Origin: Eledone cirrhosa
Taxonomy: Eukaryota
DNA length: 64,000 nucleotides
Direction of reading: 5' to 3'
Assembly (NCBI GenBank): GCA_964016885.1
Contig: OZ024740.1
Span: 390,848,001 to 390,912,000 of the forward strand
Position 1 is the first letter of the stretch, and every line of letters begins with the position of its first letter. The translations under genes and the position numbers were made by a program. Shown piece after piece: positions 12,557-24,919 of the stretch. The notes below the pieces were generated by a model, which saw nothing but the letters and a program-made list of their open reading frames with translations, was not told where the DNA came from and made no database searches.

Positions 12557-13225
12557 TTAAACAAGCAAGAGGTAAATGACTACAGTTGGTGTATGTGTAT
12601 TAATATATTGACTGAATTTTCAATCTATAAGTATGCATCAATGTAACTATATCAGTTGTGAAGAAAGAAAAATATATGTAGAAATGTTATGGAGATTATT
12701 ATCCAGATACCTATTTCTTTAGGATTTTGTCTGACATCTCCAAGCAACTGCATAAAATCTTCAAAGAAAGGTAATCTTCTCGCAATATATATTTATCATT
12801 CTTATTGGTATTTGATATATTTTTTCGAAATCGGAATATCTAGTGCAAGCAAGGTAGAGGATATCTAGTTTTCTTTTTTTAATGCATTTATTGTTTCTCA
12901 GATTTGTGGTTTACGATTTGGTATCTTCATTTCTTTTTTAATATTTATTTCCCAAAATGCATTACGGTTTCTTCCAATAGATCGGCTCTTAAACGAAGCA
13001 AAAGCAACATCATACAAATCAAAATGTGTTACCTTTGTTAAATTTATAAATTTAGGAATTTATAAATTTAATTTATAATAAATTGAAGTGAAAGCAACTG
13101 GTGCGTGTGTTTCTTATTGGCAACATGACCCTCCCAAAGCATAACAATATCGGTTTCAACACACGTTTTCAGATAAAGAATCTTGCTAAACAAATTCAGA
13201 AACGAAATATATATATATATATATA

Positions 13226-14434
13226 CGGGATCTTCTGAAACTAACACCACATTCGACGTTAGTATGGGCGCCAGCGATTCTGCGGAGGTTACTGATCTTG
13301 TCGGCCTTTTCCTTCTTTTCTCTATCAAGGACGAATTCCACAACGTGGGCGGTGGTTTGTACCGTGATGATGGTCTTTTGACCATGACTAAGTGCAGCCC
13401 ACGTGCTTGCGACGCGTACAGAAAAGAACTCACAGCCTTCTTTAAAGGTTTCAACCTCTCTATACAGGTTGAGGCCAACCTCTCGGTCGTTAATTACCTC
13501 GACGCTACCCTCAATTTATCGAATGGCTTGTATTACCCGTATAGAAAGCCGAATGATACGCTTAATTACTTATGTAAGCATTCTAACCAGCATAACCAAG
13601 AACCTGGTAAGAAACGTTTCTTTGAGGCTTTTCCGTCTATCTACTAACGAACATATTTTCAACGACCATTCGACATATTACAATGAAGCTCTTGCTCGGA
13701 GTGGATTTGTCGATAAAGTAGCATATACAGAGTACGAGAATAGACCTAGAAGAAATAGATCCCGACGCATTATATGGTATAACCCACCATATAATATAGA
13801 GGTGGCCACACCATTAGCTAAGCTCTTTCTATCCCTTATTACGAAGCATTTTTCCCATACACATAAATATAGTAAAATTTTTAATAGAAATACTATTAAA
13901 ATTTCTTACTCTACGACTCCTAACCTTGCACAGAACATCACAGCTTCAAATTTAGCTAAACTACCTAGCCGTAGGAACACGTGCAACCCTGTAGTTAGTA
14001 CTAACTGTAATTGTAGGAATCGGGTTGATTGCCCCCTATCCGGGAAATGCCTCTCTAGTAACATTGTCTACAAATGTAAGGTTGAAACACCCACGTCCCG
14101 TAGGGCCTACATAGGGTTAACCGCCAATAGATTCAAGCAGCGTCTTTACATGCATACCCATTCTTTTCGTTACCCTCTAAGAAGGAATATGACGTCACTT
14201 TCAGCTTATATCTGGATTCTAAAAGACAACCACACCCAATATAAGTTACACTGGGAGATCCTAGCTAGGGCTAGATCGTTTAACGGAAATAAAAGACCAT
14301 GTGACCTCTGCGCCGCTGAGGCCCTGGAAATACTCTACGACACAGACCACATCTTAAACAAAAAATCTGAGGCAATTTCGGCTTGTAAACATAAATTGCA
14401 CAAAACTTTCCTGTACTACAGCCCCACATTATAA
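13226..14434 (+). mobile_element. Penelope-like retroelement (Neptune-type), 5'-truncated RT plus GIY-YIG endonuclease, one frameshift near 13590
   Basis: FDVSMGASDSAE, GGLYRDDGL and VNYLDATLNL (RT); IIWYNPPY; Cys-rich linker CNCRNRVDCPLSGKC; NIVYKC...AYIGLT...FKQRLYMH (GIY-YIG); CDLCAAEALEI. Begins immediately after a (TA)n tract. Confidence 0.9.
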
Positions 14435-15010
14435 CCTAACGGATAGTACGATCTATATGCGGATATTTTACGTCTGGATGTGGTAGCTAAGTATATGTTA
14501 TGTTTATACCATTACTTATTTGCATAGGTAAGTATATATTACCTGTATGTTTTGTGAAGGTACTTATACTTTCTCGTACGTATATTTGATTGTATATGTT
14601 ATGGCGTATATTTTATATATTCTGGTACATATACTTTTGGTTATGTGTATACGTGAGTTTTGCGTCTGTGTGAGTATGCGGGTTCGTACGTATGTAGGGT
14701 GTGTGTATGTGTGTACTTAATGTTTTGGTTAACGTACGTCTCCAAACATATGTGTATTTACATGTAGGTATGTGTGTGCGCTTGTTATATACATATTTAT
14801 TTATTTATATACGTTTATTTAATTATTTGTATACACGCACTCACACACACACATATTTATATACCTATGGCGAGTGTTTTCGCGTATGCTTGTGTATGTA
14901 CGTATATGGATGCGTGTATGTATTTATTTAATTTCAATTACCTCTGTATTTTATTTACTTTATTCTTAACTCTGAAGCCGAGAATCATTCGGTTTCCTAG
15001 TTAGAATTTT

Positions 15011-15280
15011 GTCTACGACTTCAGTTATACCATTTACGTGGTTTTGTCTTTGCGTGCAATTGTTCTCCACGCTCCACATATGACGTATTATCTTCGTTTT
15101 TTCCGTTCATTGCCAGAGAACGTCTCTATGAACAACCTAAGAGAATATTAGTCTTCGACTTCTTTTATACCATAAACGTGGTTTTGTCTTTGCGTGTAAT
15201 TGTTTTTCACCGCTCCAAATAATGACGTATTATATTCGTTTTTTCCCGTTCTTTGCCAGGGAACGTTTCCACGAACCAAA
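15011..15280 (+). repeat. Diverged ~140-bp tandem duplication downstream of the Penelope ORF
   Basis: gtctacgacttc...gtggttttgtctttgcgtg...gacgtattat...gaacgt recurs at 15011 and 15151. Confidence 0.8.
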
Positions 15281-15914
15281 GTATCGTCTTCCTGTCTTCC
15301 TCAGGTTGCAACGTTTTTTTAAATATCCACTTCTGCGTTTACAGATTGACTTTGTTAGTTTCATAAATACGAGTCTTTACATCTTCAGACTTCTATTTAA
15401 TCATATCTCCTCATTCACTAATGATTTCATTTCTATAGGCTCCAATTTCACTAATTTACGAATTAATTTATCTTTTGTATTAATCCACTCAGCTTATCCC
15501 TCTGGTGGATGAAAAATCAGTTTTATTTTTGCAATTTCTATCTTCCTAGATACTTTCGTCTAACTCTTTGAATCTCCGTAATGATGATCCCATATTTCAT
15601 TTCCTTAACTGCTTCATTCTTTTAGGCAAGCAATTTACTAGTTAACTTACTAATTTACTATTATCTATTACTTATAGAATCGTTAATTTATTTATCAACT
15701 AAGGGTATTCTTCTAACAACTAATGAGTAAGATTACATTTTACCTATTAATCTATTTATTCATTAATTTATGCATTTTCTCATTAATATATATCTGGGTA
15801 CTTCTAATATTAAGTAAAATGATCAAACAGTCTAACAGTTTTTTCCTTCGCTCACACCACAACACACCCTGGCTGGTCAACTTACAGAGCAAGTTCCTTT
15901 TCCTTATTCATAAT

Positions 15915-16130
15915 TGTTTCTAATTTAGGTACAAGACTAACAATTTTAGTGGAGGAGAAAGTTGATTAAATCTATCCCAGTGCGTTACTGGTATTTTGTT
16001 TTATCAACCCCGTAAGAATGAAAGGCAAAGCTAACCTCGGTGGGATTTGAACTCAGAATGTAAAGGGCCGTAGCTATATGCTGCAAAGCATGACGTCCAA
16101 CGCCCTTCCATTATTGCCAATCCACCGCCC
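15915..16130 (-). mobile_element. SINE, reverse orientation
   Basis: Reverse complement of the SINE core. Confidence 0.85.
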
Positions 16131-17199
16131 TCCCCTTATTTATAATCTTTATGTATATACTATATGTGTTTACACACCTTAAGTTCTCCCATCATCGTTT
16201 TTTTTGTGTTATTGGCATTAACCATTTTAGTGGAGTGTTGCCTGTTTTCCGTAAGCGAGCCTGATAGAGTGTAGACATATTTCTGTTATTCCCATACAGC
16301 AAATGATATCGTTTTCATCCCACACGTTGTGACCAGTGAACATTCTTCCGTAATGGTGCTGTGTCCGTAAATTCAAATTTCGTCAGTTTCTCTTTTTTAA
16401 CAAAAGAGAGAAGCGAGTGATTTACTTGGTTTTGTCATCCTTTCCCTTCATTTTTTTTGTTTTTTTCATAGATATATTTATTAAAACCAAATTTATTTTA
16501 ATGAATATTTAATAAAATTACATTCATTTTATCCATATATGTGGATGAATTCGCTTCTACGTTATTTTCATGTTCTAGCATAGTAGAAATTAAATCTTCT
16601 TAATTTTAATAGCTTTGAAAATATGTTATCTTGTAGTAAGTTGCTACAACGCATATTTAATTATTAGATAGTTTAACAAATTCTCTATATAAACCCATAG
16701 AAAAGGAAAAAATAGTGTACAGAGTCGCCTGTGAGAATTGAACTCACATCTGCAGTATGATAGACGGTTGTGTTACAAATGCAGTAATAGTAACGCAGTC
16801 GTTCCATATACGGCATGTGTGAGTTACATTTCGACAGGCGACTTTGTACCCTTTTTTTGTATCTATGGGTATATATGCACAACTTGTTTGACAATTTCTT
16901 TGTCAAACCTGTGTTGTAGAAGTTAACAAAATTCAAACTCGCTCGACGCCGCATAAACCGACAGTTTCTTAATTCTAATAAATATTAAAATATAAGTAAT
17001 TTTATTAAACAAAAAAAAAAAAGAAATGACGACAAAAATAAGTTTATCATTCGATTCTCTTCCTTCCTAAACAAAAGAAAAGACCATAACTTTCTACTCA
17101 GTCAACTGCAGTTCTATTCATTTATGTACGCACATAAACATCCCCAGCTTTCAGCTAGTGTGTGTTGCCTATAATCTACTCATCTGAAAATACAGTCAA

Positions 17200-17271
<72 letters not shown>

Positions 17272-18027
17272 TTTCTTTCCAGCTCTCTCTTTCCTTCTTC
17301 CGCCCCCTTCTACCAATCTATCTCTATTTAGCCAATCTATCAACTATCTCCATTTAGTGCTCCCTTGCACCTGAATTTATCACATTCTCTGACTAGCATT
17401 AAGTAAATGCAGATAACCAATTTCTTCTCTTTCATTATAATCTTCATTTATATATTACTTTAAGGCTAACTTAAAATAGGTGATATTCTCCTGTTCAGTC
17501 ATCTCTAAGCCTTTATTCACATAATTTCAGAAACCTTCTGATAAACAGAGTTCATAGGAGTTACAGAATGCAGACTTTCCTGCTGCCCTCGTAAGAATTC
17601 TTCCAGAATAGCAGTAGCTTCTTGTTTAACCATGGGAATGGTCGATGCCTCCGCTTTTTCCCAACCATCTTGGAGCTCTGTGTGTATATTACGTGATCGA
17701 TTTTTCACGTATTAAATATAGCAATTGTAACACGTGTCTTTTTGTACTAAAGAGAGAGAGGAAGGTAAACTTTCTATATAGATAATAAACACAACCACAA
17801 GGATATGGTCCGAACATGGAAGAGCCGAACTCCCACTGTCAACGCCTCCATCTCTCTCGCCCGCCCCATCTCTCTGTATGGTGAGCAAATTGGATGGGGT
17901 CCCACGTGCTGGCCTCCCCACGTGCTGGCCTCCCCACAGCCCCGGCGGACAGTATGGAGAATTTCATTATATATATAATTTCACTCATCCATGATGTTGT
18001 CCTCGTTTATTATATATTAAATGTAGG

Positions 18028-18237
18028 ACGCTAGATTGGCAGAATCAGTTGAACGTCGGACAATATGCTTAGCGGTGTAGAGTTATGGCCATTTACGTTC
18101 TGAGTTGAAATTCCGCCGAGGTTAGCTTTGCCTTTCATCCTTACGGGGTCGATAAAATAAAGTACCAGTAATGTACTGGAGTCGATTTAATCGACTTTCC
18201 CCTCCTCCACAATCGTTTGTCTTGTGTCTAAACCATT
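18028..18237 (+). mobile_element. SINE
   Basis: SINE head, core and long 3' variant. Confidence 0.85.
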
Positions 18238-18575
18238 ATATACTAAATGTACTTTTTAACCAGACAATTTATGAATAAATTATTTTCCAGATTAATCTAT
18301 GTAGTAAGTAATACATCAACGAAGCGAGGTCATCATCACCTTCACCTGTCTTCATATCTTATTCCTTCTCTGTTGATACATTCTTTTACACACTGTAATA
18401 ACTGAAGAATTTATCCACTTATTAATTTATTTCATTGATTATCTTTCGATCTCCTGCTAGTGGCGAAAAAGCTAATTTACGTATTATTTTTTAATTAAGG
18501 ATCATGTCAGTAATAAATTTATTGATTCTCGTGGTATTTATGTATTTAGTTTAAATACATCCTCTCATTTAGATA

Positions 18576-18576
<1 letters not shown>

Positions 18577-18670
<94 letters not shown>
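18577..18670. repeat. (CT)n microsatellite
   Basis: Directly visible. Confidence 0.95.
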
Positions 18671-18674
<4 letters not shown>

Positions 18675-18872
18675 ATATATATAGTTTTGCGAAGTTTTTT
18701 ATATGAAATCGTGTGTCGAAACAAATATTGTTATACTTGGGGAGGGTCATATTTGTGTAATAACATTGCCAGAATTAATAACAGAACACACTCACTGTTT
18801 GGTTGGTTTTCGCTTCTGTGTCTTTTATATCGATTAATTTAATTTATTGACAACAACACGATGGTAACATAG

Positions 18873-18903
<31 letters not shown>

Positions 18904-19293
18904 ATAAGGGTTGACGGACCCAGCATATTTATCAATGCCAATACCGGTTGTATCTCAGCGTACTCAATGGGCAAAGTAAGATACATTACCAGAGTATACA
19001 CATAGTTATTTGCCTCAACACAACACACGTAAAACGGGTGCCTATAAGGTTCCCGGACTCGAGTTTCTGCCGCACTAATGCAGCAGTATATATATATAGG
19101 CCTCCTTATATATAGGCCTGGAAAGGGATGGGCTCCGCCTGGCTTAAAATGCCCAAGAAACCCTGCATGTCACTACGGCACCCCTACGACTCCATCAGGA
19201 AATACAGGACTATACTATATATGTGTGTGTGTGTATAACAATGAAGTATAAGTAAGTAGGTTAGAGATTACCTCATTTATTTTTTACATAGTC

Positions 19294-19352
19294 GCTGTTA
19301 TACGTATTTCGACGGTAACTGTTATATAACAGTTACGATATCATCAGATAGC
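19294..19352 (-). ncRNA. Degenerate minimal hammerhead ribozyme
   Basis: Minus strand gctat-CTGATGA-tatcgtaactgtta(ta)taacagttaccgtc-GAAA-tacgta-TA-acagc. Long palindromic stem II and palindromic stem III, with mismatches at the stem II base. Confidence 0.55.
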
Positions 19353-21290
19353 TATTACGTGAACAGAGTTCGGCTAGTTCACTTGGGGATCCAGTCGGAT
19401 CAATTGAATACTCGCTGGACCCACTGGAAGGCGAGGATTCTGCTCCCATGACCCTTCCAGGAATAAGAAGACGAAGAAAAAATTATTGATAATATTTTTC
19501 TGTCTGTCTTTCTCTTTTTTAATTTTGTATTTTGTTTCACATTTTATAAAATTTCATTTTACTTTTTGTTTATCTGATTTTCATATTTTATTCGTTTTTA
19601 TTAATTATATTTGTGTTTATAATTCATTTTTTTATTTTTTTTTTTACTATTCTCTTCTCTTTTCTCTTCTCCATTATCATTTCTTCTCTCACTATTTTTT
19701 AAATGTTCTTTTGTTTTGGAACAGTCGTAACATCAATATCTAATAATTTAATATCATTGTTACTGCCAGCTACTTCTTAGTTTATTACATTTTTATATTT
19801 ATGTTAGGTATTTTCCTATTATTTTTCAATTATGTCAGAATATTCTATTCTGGAAGTGACTAATATTCTCTTTTTCATCTTTATGATTTTACTACGTTCT
19901 TGATTCGTTCAAATTATTATCTATCAAAGCAATCAGGTAGTGTAATATTTGTAGGTGAGGTCAAGTATGCATAGAACCGCCTCTTTCAAAATTACCGACA
20001 GCTTAAAATCTATCTTACATTTCTTTCAAAAAATTGCATAACATAAAAAATGACAAACAATAAAATAAGATAAATAAAATAAAGATATTAGGGTGAAGTG
20101 TACAATGGTTTTGTGTTTAAGTTACAAAGTATGTTAAATATTTATTTCATGTAGTCACGAACGTGTTGAAAATTCTTTACATTCAAACATAAATCGCGTT
20201 GTAACGTGACAATATACTACAACGTTATAAGTCTCTACTTGTTTCTATTAGCAGTGAACTATAAATCGCCTTCTACAAGAAGGTAGGCATATAGTAGAAT
20301 CACTGCCACTGCCATCATGTAATTGCGTTATTATACTATTGTTTTATATATACAAATACACATACCACTCGGGTAATAAGAGTAGGAATCCACACCGATT
20401 CTTGTTGAGATAAATTATGTATTTATTTCTTATCACAAGCAGCTGCCAGTCGATACCTCTAATCAAACACATATATAGGCAGGTCGTTCTTACTCGAAGA
20501 AATAGCCACCAAATCTCCAACAACATGAAACATCATTGTTTAAAGAAATCAGGGACATATTTAAAGTATTTTTTAAAAAACTGCGGTGACCTCGGTTGCA
20601 GCACTTCCGTTTTCAGTGATCTGGTTCCGTGTTTGATTGTATTGTGTGGCCCCTTAGGCAAGCATTTTTCGATATATCCATGCATTTTGCAAAGCATTAT
20701 CAGTGGAAGTTAATAAACTTAAACGTTGTACAAGCCAGCTTCGATATATATGAATCAGTTGCATAAGACGAACGGACAGGTGCATTTTTACTTCGTCAGC
20801 CTCCTTGCTGTCATCCAATTTCGCGCATTAATGTAATAACAGCTTGCGCAAGAGATTGGAGAATTGCTCTCTAGATTCATGTGAGACGATAACTAAACAA
20901 ATAATGGGCAGGAAAACTTACAGGTGTCTTTCGACGAAAACCGAGAAAACACATCAATAATTAGGTTCGCTCATAAATAAACAACAGACTTAGCTTATAA
21001 AATGTTCACACTAGAAATATGAAAAAATTTGAAAATTTAGACTTTCATCAGAAGAATATGGTCAAATCACGGAGATTAAGAAAAGAGGTCTGCTACCTTC
21101 CAAAGTTGCATAATAAAAGATAGGATAAAGTATACAGGAAGAATACGAGAGAACTACAGTGAGAGAAACAATGAGAACGTGGAAGAGAGGGCAGCAAAGA
21201 GAGAGAAAAGGAAAGAGAGAAAGGGAAATAGGGACAGAGAAAATGAAATAAAGGAGGGAGTGGGTTATGTGAATAAAAACACCCAATATA

Positions 21291-21563
21291 TTGGGTTGGC
21301 CAAAAAAAGCTTTTAAGCAAAAATAAGACAATTTTTAAGCACAAAGCTATTTATTCAATAATAATATAATTACCGTTTCATTCTAGTATCTTCTGCCATC
21401 TTGTGCACAGATTAATTATTCCCTGATGAATTTCCTGTCTTTAGTGGCAGTGAAAAGTAGCTAATGAGTGAGCATACTTATGGGACAAACAGAAGTTAGT
21501 CACTTATTAGAGTGCATGAAGTTTAGTGTCAACAAAATCCGAACGGACTTTTTGCCAAACCAA
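21291..21563 (-). mobile_element. Internally deleted mariner element
   Basis: TA + ttgggttggccaaaaa ... tttttgccaaaccaa imperfect TIRs. Minus-strand GIINLCTRWQKILE*NGNYII matches a mariner transposase C-terminus. Confidence 0.65.
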
Positions 21564-21627
21564 ATTTCAACTAAATCTAATGCTTCATAAAGTAACAATA
21601 TATATATATATATATATATAAATAAGT

Positions 21628-21671
<44 letters not shown>

Positions 21672-21734
21672 TATATATATATATATGTTGTTATATTTGG
21701 AGAGGGACATATTGTTATAATATTGCCAGAAATA

Positions 21735-21990
21735 ATAATTGTTTCTACTTTTGGCACAAGGCCAGCATATTACTGGTACTTTATTTTATCGACCCCGTAA
21801 GGATGAAAGGCAAAGTTAACCTCGGCGGGATTTGAACTCAGAATGGCAAGGGCCGTAACTCTATGCGTCAAAGCATGGCGTCCGACCCTCTACCGATACT
21901 GCCAGTCCACCGCCAGAAATAATAATGATTTCTAGTATAGGCACAAGGCGAGTAATTTGGGGAGGGGAAAGTCGATTAAATCGACCCCTG
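21735..21990 (-). mobile_element. SINE plus 3' SINE fragment, reverse orientation, ~130 bp upstream of the last aquaporin exon
   Basis: Reverse complement of the SINE consensus. Confidence 0.85.
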
Positions 21991-22117
21991 TACGTACTGC
22001 CAATCCTCATTTCTCTCCTCCTGATACTTACTCAGCATCATCTCTGAAATAAAATAAAATAAAATCCAATTCCCTATTAACTATTTCTAATCTTTTCTCT
22101 TTTTCTTTTCTTTACAG

Positions 22118-22327
22118 GTATATTGGGTTGGTCCGATGTTGGGAGGTATCATAGGGGGTTTCACTTATGAATACACCCACGACTCATCCAATCAAATCCA
22201 GCATTTTCGAAGGTCATTTCGCCGGAAGCAAACAAACTTACGACGCAGCCGTAGTGTGAACTCCAGCAACAATTCAATGTCTACTGAACTTACCTTCTCG
22301 CCCACAGCTGAACAGCCACGCATTTGA
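22118..22327 (+). CDS. AQP4-like: Aquaporin (AQP4-like) terminal coding exon: TM6 and cytoplasmic tail
   Basis: Long polypyrimidine tract + tttacAG|GTA. VYWVGPMLGGIIGGFTYEYTHDSSNQIQHFRRSFRRKQTNLRRSRSVNSSNNSMSTELTFSPTAEQPRI*. Joins in frame to ...EDHW, giving the canonical HW-VYWVGP. Confidence 0.95.
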   Translation, partial: VYWVGPMLGGIIGGFTYEYTHDSSNQIQHFRRSFRRKQTNLRRSRSVNSSNNSMSTELTFSPTAEQPRI

Positions 22328-22399
22328 CTAGATGCACCTGAAGAAGAGTGTGAAAGTCCTGAAGAAGATGCCAGTCAACATGAAATGGACCGATTTTAG
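22325..22399 (+). other. Candidate stop-codon readthrough extension (UGA-CUAG), X-LDAPEEECESPEEDASQHEMDRF*
   Basis: TGA CTAG at 22325-22331, then 23 sense codons, then TAG (22397-22399) TGA (22400-22402). Confidence 0.6.
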
Positions 22400-22507
22400 T
22401 GAACACTTACAGATTACTGACGAAGCAAGAATTGTATCGCTTGCGTATACATGTTGTATAAAAATTCACACCCACCCACATATATAAGCATATATATATA
22501 TATATAT

Positions 22508-22666
22508 CCGGGTTCAATCGGGGGTAACCACAGTAAGTAAGGTACTCAATACAAAGCAGAGTATAAATATTTAATGTAGAAAGGCTTCTACAGGACTAGA
22601 ACTGTTTCATTCCGGAGAAGTCATCAGGAAGTTCTAGTCCTGTAGAAGCCTTTCTACATTAAATAT
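22508..22666 (-). mobile_element. Short fold-back element between (TA)n tracts with a hammerhead-like core in its loop
   Basis: Perfect 37-bp inverted repeat 22567-22603/22630-22666. The minus-strand loop reads CTGATGA-c-ttc(tccg)gaa-t-GAAAC. Confidence 0.6.
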
Positions 22667-24244
22667 ATATATATATATATATGTGTGTGCGAATATATAT
22701 GTATACATAAGTATACACGCACATAGATACGCACACACACACACATATATATATATGTGTGTGTGTATGTGTGTGTGTGTATGTGTGTGTGTATGTGTGC
22801 ATGTGTGTGTGTATGTGTGCGTGTGTGTGTGTGTGTAGATAATAAAGGAAACAAAACAAACACGGGAATGCAAAAATACACAATTATATTAAGTTTATGT
22901 TTGGAGGAAATTGGGGGGGGGGCAACGTTTCGGACAGAAGTCCTTCATCAGGAAAGTTAGGAAAGGAAGTTAGGAAACGTGCGTGTGTATGTGTGTGAAA
23001 GTTAGGAAACGTGTGTGTGTGTTTGTGTTCAGATATTGAGATGGCTAAGATAAAACGAAAAAAACACTTAACGTCATACACTCCCAATAGATACACTCAT
23101 ATATACACACTCATATTTATTAGCCATGCCTGAGAAAAATATATATGGATATATTGTATGTATTTCTTTTAATATCCATTTATCTCAATATATATAATAA
23201 GTATATACTTTCTAGTTCCTCTTTACTGCAGAGGTGGCTATATATCTTAATTTATTATCGCTCTAAATATGAATTTATTTTTATATTTATGAGCTCTCTC
23301 CGTCGTTATGCATATATAATGTGTGGATGTACATAAATATTTACAATATTCATGAAATTGCTATAATCGTTTCCATACATACAGCATTGCTTCGTCTATT
23401 GAGGTGGGTAAAATGTCTATTTCCTGTATGTAATGGCAGATAATCCAGGATTGAGAATATAACACATTTCCTAACTTACAACAACAAAAAACAAAACAAC
23501 AAAAAACAATGCAATGTTATATAAACCTTTTTTCCGAATTGTTTCTAAACCAATTACACGTAATTTATTACAAATGGTGTTTATATAATTTCTGTGTATA
23601 CCTGATCAGTAAACCAAATTTGCGACACGGCCTAAAGGCACGAATAATATCTTTGGGTTTGGGCGTATGTAACGTACATTCCATTCTATCTCCTCCTTTC
23701 TTTCTCTCTATCTATCTATCTACATATCTATCTATCTTTCTTTCTTTCTTTTTCTCACCTATTTTTCTTTCTGTCTCCGAAATATAGGAGATAGTTGTCT
23801 TCTTAAAAAAAGAAGCAAATATGATATTCATTTGTATAGATTTATAAATGCATGGTGGATTTGATGTATATAACCCCGGCAACTTGTGTAGAAAAAAAGT
23901 CAATACTATTAAATATTCCAGTATTCAATAAACATCGAATCATATTGATCATAAGGTTATTAATCGTAACCTTTGTGAGGGTGAAACAGTATCGATCCCA
24001 TAATCATGATCCCATACCATATTTAACAAATTTCATGAAGCCTGCGTAATTTCAAACTAATAATGATTTGATGGACTGACGATTCTTTATGTTTTATAAA
24101 CAATGATTTGAAATATTGTAAGATTGCACTTTTTCTGTTGTCGTTATCATAAGTCAAACATCAACGCCAACCTTTCCTATCACTTCAATATCTGATCCTG
24201 TGTGTATAATCTCATATTTAACTTAATTGTTTTATTTTGAGTAA

Positions 24245-24900
24245 TAATAGTTTCTTATATAGGGACAAGGCCAGCAATTTTGGCGGAGGGTAAAGTCGAT
24301 TAAATCGAGCCCAGTGCGTGACTGGTACTTTATTTTATCGACCCCGTAAGGATGGAAGGCAAAGATAACCTTGGCGGGATTTGAACTCAGATCGTAAAGG
24401 GCCGTAACTCTATGCAGCAAAGCATGGTGTCTGACTCTCTACCGATTCTGCCGCCCTTTGTTTTGAGTAATAGTAACTATATCAACGCTGGTGAAAATAT
24501 CTTAGAGGATGGCACATTAATAGGCGTTCGCTAATTATTATTATTATGGTGGATTGGCAGTATCGGTAGAGGGTTGGACGCCATGCTTTGCTGCATAGAG
24601 TTACGGTCCTTGCCATTCTGAGTTCAAATACCGCCGAGGTTAACTTTGCCGTTCATCTTTACGGGGTCGATAAAATAAAGTACCAGTCACGCACTGGGGC
24701 CGATTTAATCGACTTTCCCCTCCCTCAAAATTCATGGCCTTGTGCCTATATAAGAACGGTGGATTGGCAGTATCGGTAGAGGGTCGGACGCCATGCTTTG
24801 ATGCATAGAGTTACGGCCCTTGTCATTCTGAGTTCAAATCCCGTCGAGGTTAACTTTGCCTTTCATCCTTACGGGGTCGATAAAATAAAGTACCAGTAAT
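24245..24900. mobile_element. SINE cluster (one minus copy 24245-24455, two plus copies 24547-24900)
   Basis: SINE consensus, ATT-rich flanks. Confidence 0.9.
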
Positions 24901-24919
24901 AAAGTACCGTAAGGATGAA

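Noticed and set aside
16400-17065. Possible MITE with degenerate inverted ends
   Set aside because: The similarity is weak and AT-rich, and I could not define a TSD.
17517-17708. 63-aa minus-strand ORF with protein-like composition
   Set aside because: No recognisable motif or convincing splice partners; it may be a repeat relic and cannot be supported without a search.
22338-22358. ctgaaga...gaaagtc as a hammerhead core within the extension
   Set aside because: No stem II or stem I pairing; it is explained by Pro-Glu-Glu codons.
22385-22396. MDRF terminus as an RFamide neuropeptide
   Set aside because: No amidation glycine or dibasic cleavage site, and the tail is cytoplasmic.
22325-22666. 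Selenocysteine decoding of the aquaporin TGA with the downstream hairpin as SECIS
   Set aside because: The hairpin is a perfect duplex with no AUGA/GA kink-turn quartet. The CUAG context explains readthrough more simply.
22634-22960. Several HT/YI/CV-repeat ORFs here and elsewhere (for example 71-721, 7505-7780, 9269-9631, 18565-18750)
   Set aside because: These are translations of dinucleotide microsatellites with no coding signal.
24547-24640. tRNA gene
   Set aside because: A/B-box-like motifs are SINE heads; I could not build a complete cloverleaf.
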